Source: Selaginella moellendorffii
Lineage: Eukaryota > Plantae > Lycopodiophyta
Length of the DNA stretch: 64,000 bases
Direction: 5' to 3'
NCBI RefSeq assembly: GCF_000143415.4
Contig: NW_003314320.1
Location: 734,819-798,818 of the forward strand
The notes under the pieces are model-generated. The model saw nothing but the letters and a program-made list of their open reading frames with translations, had not been told where the DNA came from and did not search any database. The position numbers and the translations under genes are program-made. This document shows, one piece after another, positions 26,561-38,612 of this stretch (positions within the stretch are counted from its first letter, which is position 1; each line of letters starts with the position of its first letter).

Positions 26561-26988
26561 AATTTGACGACTATTGAGTGCTGGCGGACCATGCACACTC
26601 TATGATTTCCCATTCATTGCTGGAAAACAGCATGATTTTGAAGTAAATATTATCAAATTTTGTGTTGATGCAACCACAATTCATGAGCGCTGCAATGGCG
26701 TATTGTTACGAGCTCATTCTGCCTCAAGTGATATAGCTTAGGTCATGGCCATGTTACGTTGTCAGGCATGAGAAAGATGGGAACTAAAGGATCTCCAGAT
26801 GGTGGCTCGTTTTCATCTCTCTCTAGAACCTGAGAATTCAATAATGACAAACTGAACTCAGCCTTAGTCTGCCTCGTGCTGCTCGTTGAGTTGGCAATGG
26901 CTACTCTTTAACACTTTCTGGGTCCCTCTAGTGTTCTGCTCGAACATCCCTATCCTCACTTAAAAAATATATCAAGTGGAGTAGATTA

Positions 26989-27030
26989 GTGATAGGAAAA
27001 CACGTATGCGTGATAGGAAAACACGTATGC
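26989..27030. repeat. 21-bp tandem duplication GTGATAGGAAAACACGTATGC x2
   Basis: Directly visible. Confidence 0.85.
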
Positions 27031-27781
27031 ATTGTAAACATTGGCAAAGTCTACCTTATTATTTAATCATTTGCTAGGCCAGAAAATGGACTTCAAAGTT
27101 CAGACAGTTGACTCGCTCAGAGCTGATAGTAAATAATATTTAACTACGTGAAGTTTTAATTCGGGTTCCACTTGAGGAGATGCTAACAATCAGTGAATTG
27201 TCAACAAAAGCAAGCATATATTTGAATGTTCGATCTTAATAAACTTTGCCATTGTTATGTACCATACATTTCAAGCTTGAAAATTCTAAAGAATCTTATT
27301 CTTGCAGTGCATGCAGGTTTAAGTGTCACTAATTCATTTGTTAGTGGTTTTGTTTGGCCGCTTCTGTTCCAGTAATCTAGGAAGGTACATAAAGACAAGG
27401 ATTCGCGTACCTCTTGCACTGCCCTAAAGGTCAACAGTAAATTGAATAGTTTTTTAGCACTTTCCCAAATAAGTAAAGGCAGGGGTCCATCTAGGGTCTC
27501 TATTAGGGTTTACTTGGTAGGCGCGCGGGGATCGAAATTTCGTAGAAATCTTTGGCGCGATCGCCCCTTGTCCTTCCTCTCGATTCTAGTCTTGGAGATG
27601 ATCAGCAGCGGCGGCGGTAGTAGCAAGCAACAGTAGCAGCCTGCGAGTCTCTCCAGGACTTATTTCCTCTGTCGGTGGTCTTTATTAGCGGCAATGGAGA
27701 CTGGCCTCCTCGCCTAGGCTGTGCGTGCATTGGACGATCGGCGAGGAGCTGCCAAGGATCGAAGGATTCTCTACTGGAGGA

Positions 27782-29438
27782 ATGACCAAGGGAAGCCTGC
27801 GCCGCCTGGAATTGGATTGCCTATGCCAGCCCGGGGCCGTGAGATGGATCGAGGTCTGGTTTGGCGATTGCGTGTACAGCCCGTGGGAGATTTTGGGATT
27901 TTGCGTGGGGATGTCGTCAGTGTTCTTCTGGATGATCGCCCAGATGCCTCAGTTCGTCAGTAATTTTCTTCGACAGAGCGCCGATGCTCTCTCGCCTTGG
28001 TTTCTCTTCCAATGGCTTGCGGTACGATTCCTTTCTTTCTTTTTGTTCTTTTCTTTGCCAGTTTTGTCCTGAAGATCTCCCATTTGCCAGGGCGATTCGT
28101 TAAATCTTTTGGGCTGTCTTCTTACTGGCGACCAGCTTGCGACTGAGACATTCACTGCGTATTACTTTATTTTTGCCGATGGTTTAATTATCTCACAGGT
28201 TAGTGTGTGATAAAATCGTTTTTTTCTTTGTCTCTGATCCATCTTTCTCAAATCGGTAGTACTTATACTACCGCGCTCGTAACAACAACTTCGATGAATC
28301 TGTACATAAGCCTACGAATGGTTATCAAAGCGTGCTACAAATAAACTCAGAAGATGGAACTTCCAGACCGGGTATGGGAACGAGTTTTTGTTTTCAAGCA
28401 GAAAACTCCTTGCTAAGTTCAGGCATTGTTGTTTCCAGCGGATCTTCCGACGCCTGGTCATGCAAGCAACAGCAAAGGAAAGAAGAAGCAGGATTCTAAT
28501 CGCCAGAATCAGCAAGTGCTCCAACATTCCAACGGCAGCCAGCTTGGTATTTTAGCTAGAGGGGAACGGTTCCAGGATTTCGAGGAAGAAAAGCTGCAGC
28601 ACCTTAAGTATCAAGTTGCCAAAGCTTCACAGCAGCATGCGTGTCCTTCTCGGCGCCAGTTACGAAGAGTTGTGATGGAATACGGGCTGGAGTACGGGCC
28701 TCCATCCATGTCCAAGTTCACCACACAGCAGGCGTCGCGATTGCCAAAACTTGATCTAAAGCGCACAAGCGGGAATAACAAGACCTTAAACCCGGGCTTG
28801 AAGAAAGCGCTATGCTTGGCTGGTACGGTAATGGCAGGAATCCCTGGAGGCGATGCTCTCCAGGCAAACCGGAAGCTTTTGAGGCATTGTAGTGAGAATC
28901 AAACCCAGAGCAGGCTCCAATGGGTCAAGCAAACTGGAACTTTCTTCGGGTAAGTCGTGGAGTTTTCATTTCCAGGCCTAACTTTTAGAGCTCTTCTCCA
29001 GGTGGATTTCTTCTGGACTTTACTTGGGCTCCCGGATTTCCCAGCTCGTCAAGAACAACCAGAGAAAATCAGCGGAAGGACTGTCGCTGGCGATGGTGTC
29101 GTGCGCGGTGCTCGCGAATCTCACGTATGGAGCGGCCATTTTGATGAGAGCAAAGACAATGTAAGCACGGCTTCCCGGTTTTTGTTTGTTCCGGTTTTCA
29201 GACAAACTTACTGTTTGCGTGACAGGGACGATTTGATAGGAAAAGCTCCGTGGCTTTTGGGAAGTTTGGGAACGGTGTCTCTGGACATCACCATTTTCTT
29301 ACAGGTGACAAAAAATGCCTCCAGATTTGACCGCTTCTTAACGTGTTCTTTCTGATGAAACAGGCACAATACTTGAGCTCGAGGTGCTCGAAAAAAGACG
29401 ACGAGCCAAACGAGACAACTCCGTTGCTTCCAGCGTAA
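27782..29438 (+). CDS. PQ-loop vacuolar amino-acid transporter (YPQ/PQLC2-like), multi-exon
   Basis: AQMPQFVSNF...LSPWFLFQWLAGD, APWLLGSLGTVSLDITI and a C-terminal ETTPLL dileucine-type sorting motif. Confidence 0.85.
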
Positions 29439-29613
29439 CGTCAAAGGCAAGCTTTTGGACGAGGCCCCCGTTTTTTTTCCCCATTTTTAATTTTTCTTTT
29501 GTGAATATTTTGTATGTATCGAACTCCATTCTTTGCAGTTTACAGGCTTGTGCACAAAAATTACAAGAAAAAAGAGAGAGAAAAAAACAAAGAACATGAA
29601 ATATTTTCATAGA

Positions 29614-29904
29614 TCACTCATCTTCGTGCTTCTTGCCATCGCCCTCTTGCGACTGCTTGCTACCATCGTCCTCCTCGATCTTCTCCAGCGTCTCGCCTTT
29701 CCTGATCGCCTCCTTGCCCGTCTTGTCGATCTTGAGAAGATACTTGGGCTCCTCTGGGCTGGCCTTGAAAGTTCTAGCCCCCAATTTCCTGTCCTGGGTC
29801 AGCTTCTCCACTATGTGCCCGCGCGCTTTCCCTGCGCCATAGCTCCACGCCACGCGATCGCCCACCTCAAACTCCACCTCCTTGTGCTCTTGTTGCTCGC
29901 CCAT
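29614..29904 (-). CDS. DUF2945 / Hva1 Tudor-like small protein, 96 aa, intronless
   Basis: FEVGDRVAWSYGAG...G.I.E...KASPEEPKYLLK.DKTGKEAIRK.E.L matches the family pattern as I recall it. Confidence 0.8.
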   Translation of the reverse strand: MGEQQEHKEVEFEVGDRVAWSYGAGKARGHIVEKLTQDRKLGARTFKASPEEPKYLLKIDKTGKEAIRKGETLEKIEEDDGSKQSQEGDGKKHEDE

Positions 29905-29959
29905 TGTGATCAAGCACGAAGAAGGAAGAGGGGCCCTAATTGACAAGTGTCAGTTTGTC

Positions 29960-30062
29960 AGTGACGCCGCGTGCCAAGTGTCTTAAACCGACACGTGCTC
30001 GCACCAGAGATTTCCACGTCATCGACGTCATTTAGCTGGAAAAATAAGGGTGACACGTCAGC
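29960..30062. promoter_or_regulatory. ABRE/DRE cluster in the bidirectional promoter of the DUF2945 and C2-GRAM genes
   Basis: CCGCGTG, ACCGAC overlapping CACGTG, CCACGTCA, GACGTCA and GACACGTCA within ~100 bp. Confidence 0.6.
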
Positions 30063-30309
30063 CTCTCTTTCTAGTATGGCGTCTCACGCTGCATCGCTCT
30101 CCATTGACTCTTGGCCGCGGAAGGACCTAGGGTTTTGCTATGGCGGTTTAGCATAGGATTTCCACGCCATTTGTCATATTTTGCGTTCTTGGACAGATCC
30201 TTGCGCCGCAAGATATTGCGCTCGTCATCGCGACGCAAGCTATCGGGGATTCCAGCTCCAATCGAGGCGCCGCCATGGCATTGGCTAGAATCAGTCGATT
30301 CCAGGTAGA

Positions 30310-33300
30310 ATGAAGCTCCAGGTCAATGTGTTCGAGGCGAGGGGTTTGGCCGCCAAAGATCCGAATGGCTCCAGCGATCCCTATGTGAGGTTGCAGCTCG
30401 GCCGCACGAAATCCAGCACCGGCGTCATCCATGCGTGCCTGAATCCGGTGTGGAACGAGGAGTTTGATTTCCGGGTCGATGATTCCGGGGCCGAGATTTT
30501 GATATCGGTGTGGGACGAGGATTGCTTCGCGGATGATTTCCTTGGCCAGGTCAAGCTTCCAGTGTCGAAGATTCTCGATGCGGACAAGCTAACGCTGGCA
30601 CCGGCGTGGTATAAGCTTCAACCACGCGGCGGCAAATCAAAGTCGGTTGTCACAGGTATGAAGAATTTTGCTTTTCACCACTGCTTTATAAACATTCGCT
30701 TCCAGGTGAGATTCTTTTGGGCTTTTCTCTATATGGAAGGATCAGCAATGCGGCCGAGGCCGATGTAGAGCCTGGCCTAAGGGATGGATTGCTGCATACT
30801 CCAAGTAGCTCCGCTCCAAGTTCTCCACGCACAAAGTCTTCTCCCGATACAGAGAGGCTTAAGGTTCGTTCTCGACTTGGTCAAAAGGTGACATCTCTCT
30901 TCAAGAAAAGTGCTAGGATCCATCCCAATTCGAATTCGTCACCCAGTGTTTTGTCGGATCAATCGACGGAAGAATGTGAAAGCGAAGAGGAGGAAGGCCA
31001 AGTCCCTCTATCCTTCTTTGAGAAAGGTGGTTTACAGCTCTCGACATCTGGCGACAGCGTGCCACCTCCATTATCGGGAGGTTTTCTAGCGAACCAGACG
31101 TATGCGACGAAGCTCCAGACTCTCAACTCGGTGCTGTTCAAGCCCCACTCTCCGTTCTTTGAGGAGCTGATTGCAGTGCAAAAGACAACCGATCTGGTGG
31201 AGGGGATGTGGAAGAAAGTTGGCAACGAAAACCCGAAACGAGTTCTTACGTACACGAAAGCTGCTACCGCAGTGGTAAAGTCGGTCAAGGCAACAGAAGA
31301 GCAGACTTATCTACGAGCAGATGATCGCGCCTACGTTGTTTTAGCGGTAGTCAGTACGCCTGATGTGCTCTACGGCAGCACTTTTAGAACTGAGGTGCAG
31401 TACTGCCTGACGCCGGTCTCCGAAGAGCGCTGCAACCTTTCCATATCATGGAGGCTCAACTTTATTCAGAGCACCATGGCGAAAAGGCTGATCGAAAGCG
31501 GTGCGAAACAGGGACTCACGGACAATTTCCGGCAGTATGTGGAGGTTCTTTCAAAGTATGTCGAGGAGGCTGGGGAGGACGCCGACCCCGCACCAGCAGA
31601 AGAGCAGGATGAACCCGAGAATGACATTAGCCTCACACAGGAGTACTTTTCCAGCTCGATATTCATCGTGGTGTCCTTGCTGTTCTTTCTGGTGGTACTA
31701 CTCCACATTCAGCTTGCACAGCCAACTCCGACAGTCGGGTTGGAGTTTTGGCAACTCGACTTACCGGATACTTTTGGCGAGCTATTGACATCTGCCGTGA
31801 TCACCGTCCACTTCGTTCAGCTTGGAAAAATGGCGCTGAAAAAGCTACGAGCCGCATCTTTAACAGCCGGCGACCATGGAAAGAAAGCAAAAGGTGAGGG
31901 CTGGCTCTTGACAGTGACTCTTGTGGAAGGAGAGAACCTACCTATCCGGCCAAACACAAACTGCTTGGATCCATACGTGGTATTTACATGCAGTGGGAGA
32001 ACTCGAACAAGTTCTGTGAAACTTCAGACAACTAATCCAAAGTGGGGAGGTAAGTCACTTGCAACTTTTTCTTCTGCATGTTTCTCATGGGTTTTCTGAA
32101 CAGAAATCTTCGAGTTTGATGCCACGGAGGATCCTCCATCAACCCTGGACGTAGAAGTTTTTAACTATGACGGGCCTTTTCCTGAAGCGGTGTCTCTCGG
32201 TTACGCGGAAATCAATTTTCTCAAACTCAGCCCGGATAATCTGGCCGACTTATGGATTCGTTTGGAAGGGTCGCATGCACAGACCTCTTACTCCCGTTTA
32301 CACCTTCGGATCTTTTTGACTAACACGAAGGAGGCTGATACGTTTGTTGAGTATGTGAAGAAAGTTGAGAAAGAAGCAGGAGCGAAGGTACATGATTTGT
32401 CTTATGAAGCGAAGCTAAGACCAAACCCCTGTGCAGGTCATCAAGAGCTCGAGAAAGAACGCTTCATTTCAAAAGCTCTTCTCACTTCCGCAAGAGGAAT
32501 TTCTCATTAACGACTTCGCTTGTGCTGTCAAGCGAAAGATACCTTTGCAGGTCCGTCCTTTTTTTTCCAGTTGTTCCTTACGACATTCTCGAATTACAGG
32601 GCCGCTTATTCCTCTCGCCCCGGATGCTGGGATTCTACTCAAACATTTTTGGACATAAAACCAAGTTTTCTCTTTTATGGGAAGACATAGACGAAGTCCA
32701 GGAGTTACCTCCATCGATAGCCAATGTTGGTCCCTCGATTGTGCTTTTTGCCCGGAAAGGAAGAGCTCACGACGCAAATCAAGGCTCCAAGGGCATGGAC
32801 GGGAAAGGTCGGCTTAAATTTCAGTTCCAATCCTTTGTCCGCGCTGGCCCAGCGTTTAGGTACATTTCCTTTGTTTTCATTGATGATGTAAATCACTCTA
32901 TTTTTTTCTCGCAGGACATTGATGGTACTCTGGAAAAATAGAGCCCTGACCCCGGAGCAGCAACTGGAAATGGTCGAAAATGTAGATACCGAAAGCAAGC
33001 TTTATGAAGATGGCGAGTTTATAGGCGTTGGGGACGTAACGCTGTCGGAGGTCTACTCCACTGTCTTGCCTTTGACGGTATGTTGGTTGGATCCTGATAT
33101 CTGGATGCTTATTTCCGTTGTTCGATGCCAGGCTGCTTCCATGGTGCTTTTGTACGAGAAAGAAAATCTGGAAGAGAAAGTCATGGAAAAGCTGGGATGC
33201 ATGAACTACACCGTGTCTCCCTGGGAAAACGAAGGTCCCGGCCAGAGGCGGCAAGTGAACTACAGGCTGAACCGACAGATGTGCCAATTCGGGAGCATTG

Positions 33301-33678
33301 TGAGTGGCGTTCAGCAGAAGGTGGTGTCGAGCAATCACTTAACTGCATCCGTGGACGAGATACTGACACTGCACGACGTCCCGTTTGGAGACAACTTCCA
33401 GGTTTTGTTATTGGCTTTCGGAGATGGTTTCTGGTTTTAAATGTGGTGTTTCTACGCAGATTCACGTGAGGAACGAAGTACGAACTCTATCGTCCAAGCC
33501 AGCGATGAGCGAGTGTCGCGTGCTTCTGGGCACCTCGTGGCAAAAAGGCACTGCGATGCAAGCACGGATTACTTCCAACGTCCAAGAGCACTTCAGCAAG
33601 CATCTAATTGAGAAAGTCAAGTTAGCTGCCAAGGAGATATCGTCCTACAAAGATCACCACTCTTATATCCTCGTTTGA
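30310..33678 (+). CDS. C2 / VASt / GRAM domain lipid-transfer protein, multi-exon
   Basis: MKLQVNV.EARGL...SDPYVRLQL C2 domain, VASt, TM, second C2, GRAM (EEFLINDFACA...QGRLFLS) and a second VASt (HDVPFGDNF). Confidence 0.92.
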
Positions 33679-33948
33679 TGTATAGCTCAAGGTATGGTTA
33701 GAACATTTCATCCATTGCATTGGTAACGGTATTTTACTTGCGCAGGAACTCTTGGAGAAAAGCATCCCTCAAGAACGTAAGCATCGCGTTTTGGATGCTA
33801 AAATTGCTTCAATTGCTTTGTAGATGAAGTCGAGAAAACTGCGAGCGTTAATATCCTGTAAAGTTTTTTTTGTCCCGAAGGTCAGCCAGAGGAACATTCA
33901 TGCTCTTTGGTAGATCTTCGTTTGATTTTTGGGAAGAACTAACCATTT

Positions 33949-35047
33949 TTATACAGTGTTGTCTGATCGCTCGCTACTAAATAGCTCCTGCTGCTTCTCT
34001 TCCTGGCTCACCTCTTCGTTGAGACTCTTCCAAAACCATCTCGAGAGCTGGGGATGGCTGGCGAGAGTGAGAACTGCCCTTTGAGCTTGGAGCACTGCCT
34101 GCCGTGTTGTCTCTGCCGCATTCGCCACCACTGGCTTGACTGCTTGCACTGGAACGGTCGCTCGCTCTTGTAGCATCGCTGGGAAGAGAAACCAAAGAGT
34201 TACAATCGAGCTTCGAGAGAGGATTTACGTACCAAAGACTTGAGACGCTGCGACAGCTCCCATTCGACGAATTCCCACCTCCGCAGCCTGGACTGCTCGA
34301 GCGGAGGTTCTAACACCATCGGATATCTCTTGACTGGGAGAGGTGAAAGAAAAAGAGCTGTAGTGAGTGAGTGAATGGAGAGCTTGGAGAGAGCTTGCCT
34401 CAGATCGTTAAGTTCTAGTGTGAGATCACTGATTTCCATGCTCGAGAGTCGGATTGCGCATCGTCCCGGGTAATTCTTCCCGTGCCATGTCCGAGAGCTT
34501 CTCCAGTGATACCGATGCTCGGTGAATTGCCTGAAAGGGCTATAGATCTTAGTACGAAGAAAAAAGAATCGTACTGGTACTACTGTAATTAGAGAATTTT
34601 TTTTAGTTTGCTTGCCTTCAAGGTTGGAATCGCTGCCACTAGCGCCGTAAGCAACGCTCCAACAGTCTAGAAATTTGGCTGCGATATTAGATAGATCGAT
34701 CTCTGCGAATGGAACGAGAGATTCTCACCAGGCATGATAGGACGCCCAGCACCACGAAGAGCTGATCGGCAATCGAGAGCCTGTTGAATTGTCCCAGAAA
34801 ATTCGAAGGCGCCAGCATCAAGGACGAAGACGACGACGCCAGGGAGGGCCTGGACCGAAGTGTGGCGGATTCGGGAAGAGACGACGATGACCTCCCGTCT
34901 AACGATGGAGAGGAGGCCCGCGACTTGAGAAATCTGATCGATACTCCCCCGGTAATTGCTACTGGCAACGAGAAGGCTCACCCGGCTGCCGGGATTTCGG
35001 AGCTGGATCGAAAATGCAGGGAATGCCGGCGCCGCTGGAGGCCTGTG
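33949..35047 (-). CDS. Membrane protein of the cyanobacterial/plastid DUF948-like type; 5' end lost in the assembly gap
   Basis: TM helix followed by ...EELPGTMRAIRLSSMEISDLTLELNDL. GT-AG introns. Confidence 0.65.
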
Positions 35048-35147
35048 NNNNNNNNNNNNNNNNNNNNNNNNNNNNNNNNNNNNNNNNNNNNNNNNNNNNN
35101 NNNNNNNNNNNNNNNNNNNNNNNNNNNNNNNNNNNNNNNNNNNNNNN
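35048..35147. other. Assembly gap (100 N)
   Basis: Run of N. Confidence 1.
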
Positions 35148-35324
35148 AGAGAAAGAGAGAAAGAGAGAGCGCTATCGGCTCATGGAATGGATCGATCCTT
35201 CTTGCGTGTTCCAAGCCCTGACCTAAAGAAAAATGAGAAAGAGACTTGTGCTTAGCGCGTATTTCCATTCTCATGGCTCCAAATAAGCCACGCTCCCTAC
35301 CAGGGCTTAGCTAGGGTTTTAGAA

Positions 35325-36627
35325 ATGGGGACGCTTGTTGCGACGATCGTCGCTCCATCTGCTCTCGCGCCTCGCGCCACCGCTTCCAAGATCTGCTGTG
35401 GCGCTGGGAGCGTGGATTCGAGCAATGCAGCCTGTTTGAGGAGCGACTCTAGCGTGGATTCGCGGAGCGGGGGCGGGGATTTGCGATTTCGGACCGCATT
35501 TCTCCCCAGCATCAGCGTAAAGAAGAATATTTCGGTGAGAAGGCAAAGATCAAGAGCTAGGCTGGGTGTTCGTGCTATTGCATTGAAGCAGTTAGAGCTA
35601 GGAGCTCCACCACCAGATTTTGAGGTACCGGGAACAAACGAAAATCCTTGCTGATCTTTGTGAATTGTTCTTTAGCTTGGAGAGCCCGCGACTGGCAAGG
35701 AGTGGTGCCTCAAAGATTTCCAGCAGTATCCAGCTCTTTTGGTAAAGCTTTTGTGGCTTGTTCTTTCGCGTGACAAACTTTCGTGCTTTACAGGTGATGT
35801 TTATTTCGTATCGCTGCCCATTTGTAGTGTTTTTGAGATCTGCTCTCATCCAGCTAGTGGAAGAGTATATGGAGGTATGTTTGGAACTTCTATCGTGGTT
35901 CTCATAGTGGAAAAATCTGCGCAGAAAGGTCTCGGGGTCGTGGCTATATCGCCGAATTCTGTCGTAGTTTTTCCAGAGGTAAGAAACTTTTTGGAGTCCT
36001 CTTTCTTCATGTCTTTGGCTCCTTCGTCATTTTAGGACGGACCGGCTGAGATGCAAGAGGAAGTCGAGAAGTACGGCTACAAGTTCCCCTATCTCTACGA
36101 CGAGGTTGGCTGCTAGTTCTTTGTTGATTAAAGCTGTGTTTTCTTTTTGGTTCCAGACTCAAGAGGTTACTCAAGCGTACGCACCACTTGGCACTCCCGA
36201 TTTTTTTGTTTTCAGAAAGGTAAAGTCAAGCAAATGCTTTACGTCTGATCGTTGCTTGCATCACCAGAACGAGGAGCAAAAGTTTGAACTCGCGTATCAC
36301 GGCCAGTTTGACGACGCAAGGGACCACAACCCAAACAAAATTCCCATCACTGGAAGGTACTAAAAATCAAAGGTAACGAGAAATCTTAACGCTCGTTCTG
36401 GCACAGGGATTTGAGATTAGCACTAGATGCGGTTCTCACGGGTAAACCGGTCGATCCACACCAAAAGCATAGGTAGCGTCGGCGTCTGGACTTGGATCTT
36501 TCATCCATCTCTCTTTTTGTTGTGCAGTATGGGCTGTGCCATTCAATGGCATCCACATCTCATCCCAAAACTCTATCCAAAGCCCAAGTTGGAGAAAGAC
36601 GACACCAATCTTCTTTGGCATGCCTGA
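35325..36627 (+). CDS. AhpC/TSA thioredoxin-fold protein with transit peptide; SxxC variant
   Basis: LGAPPPDF, VMFISYRCPFV, FPYLYDE, TPDFFVF, YHGQFDD, SMGCAIQWHP. Confidence 0.85.
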
Positions 36628-36718
36628 TAAGATCACAACAGCGATGCAGAGAGGTAGTTTGCATTGACGATACCTTTTTGACAATATCAGTGAATTGCAG
36701 GCAGAAACTTCCAACTTT

Positions 36719-37881
36719 TTATGGTTCCGGGTGCCATTTGATACTACATCCCATGCTGAAACAGGTACGAGTGAGACGAGGGAAAAAGGAAAAAAATGAG
36801 AGAACGAACCTGGGTTTTTGCAAGGGACTCACGGGTCTTCCTGAAAGCACACAGTCGATAGCCATTCTCAAATCTCTGCATTAACATGAGTGTCACAGTG
36901 AAAACGATCGACTGATAGTCATTGCAAACCTTCCAGTGACTGGCCTCCCATTGTTGGGACGAGAATCATCGAACTGGCCGTGATAAGCTAATTCGAATGG
37001 CCTCCTTCCATCCTGAATGTGCCACTAGAGTGTGTAGGAAAACTTCCTTTTCTCTCTTTGAGCTAAGAAATACCTTCTTGAACAGGAAGAACTCTGGCGT
37101 GCATACTGCTCCAAACGCCCGTGCAGCCTCTTGTGTCTGGAAGGAAGATCACGATCACCACTTTGGAAAGTTAAGGAAGGAATGTGATGCTCACTTCGTC
37201 GTAGAGGTATGGGAACTCGTATCCAAGCCTCTTCGCTTCCTCTGCCATCGCCGCTGGGCCGTCCTGCGAGCTCGCAAAACTCGATTCATCGATCCAAGCA
37301 AGTATCGCAGACTGTAAACACCTGAGGATGTGTTCTCACTGAATTGGAAGAGATGCCAACAACACTGAGGCCTTTCTGTTCCATGCAAGAGAGTAAGAAA
37401 AAAAAAAGTCTTTGGACTGAGGAGAAAGAAACGAAGAAATGTTTTTCATACGTACTCTCATGTACTGGTTGGTTAGCGTCACGATCCCTGGCTTGAGATG
37501 GATGACGAATGGGCAATGGTTGCAAATAAACATGACCTGGATGGAGAAGGATAAGGGAGCAAAAGATTCTTCCAAAATTCTTTTAGCTATGGTGCTGCTA
37601 TATACCAGTAATCCGGGAGCTCCTTCAAACTCGTCAAGCGACCATTGTTTCGCAGTCAGAGGCTCAACCAGCTGAGAAAGAAAGGCCTGTTTAGCACAGA
37701 GATAGAAAGAAGTATTTACCTGGAAATCTGGAATGCGAGTAGTCAGCTGCAATTTCTTGGCCTCCGTGCGCGCGGCTCTCACAACAATCCTCGGTGCCGT
37801 GAGAAATCTACCGCTCTTCGTCGGGGAGAATGCGCCGATCGAGCCCTTGAAGCTGGAAAACGTGGAAAACCTCGCGGCCAT
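36719..37881 (-). CDS. AhpC/TSA thioredoxin-fold protein, canonical CxxC paralogue
   Basis: VMFICNHCPFV, FPYLYDE, AVCTPEFFLFK, YHGQFDDSRP, SMGCSIKWHP. Confidence 0.9.
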
Positions 37882-38087
37882 AGAAACTGAGGAGCTGCAA
37901 TGCCTCAATCACTATTTCAAATAAGTTTTTACAAAACTCTGTAACCTGAGAAGTTCTTGTAGCTTTCTCAGTGTAATACTTACACAATTATTCTGATAAA
38001 ATAATATACAAAGATTTTAACTATCGTTCACTTCCCATTTTGGCAACGTTTGAGGCCTGACTGAGGGAAATAAAATGTGTTATTCGG

Positions 38088-38172
38088 TGGGGTGAGAGAG
38101 GCTTGAACTCTCGACCTCAGGATCACTCAAGAGCTATGAGACCTACGCGCTGACCAACTGCGCCACCACCCC
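38088..38172 (-). tRNA. Elongator tRNA-Met(CAT) with 11-nt intron
   Basis: Reverse complement GGGGTGGTGGCGCAGTTGGTCAGCGCGTAGGTCTCATA[GCTCTTGAGTG]ATCCTGAGGTCGAGAGTTCAAGCCTCTCTCACCCCA. Confidence 0.95.
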
Positions 38173-38612
38173 TGTTATATCTTATCGAATAACAGGTTCC
38201 ACCAACTTCATAATATAGCTCCTTTCGTATATATGATTCTCTTTTGCTTCCAAACTTAATTCCAAAGCGGGGATTTGGTTAGTTTTTTTTCTTGGTTTGT
38301 ATTTCTTCATATTTTCTGCTTCAAGCTTGCTGCTGCCTGATTGAGCGATCCAATCATTCTTTGCGGCTGTCAAAGAAGACAATTAGAATTGAGAATGTAT
38401 CATCGAAAAATTCAAATTCGCTCAATTTTAATTATTTTTAGTTTTTCTTGCTTGACTTTCTGCCTTTCTTCTAGAATTCTCTGGTTAAAGAAAAAGAAGA
38501 CTTTTTTAGAAATCTAGGATGAAGGCATAGATGAATTTAGTCATCTGGCGTGGTATAAAACGCAAGAAAATGCCACAGATTAAAAGCATCAATCCATCAA
38601 TTCTTCTAAGAA

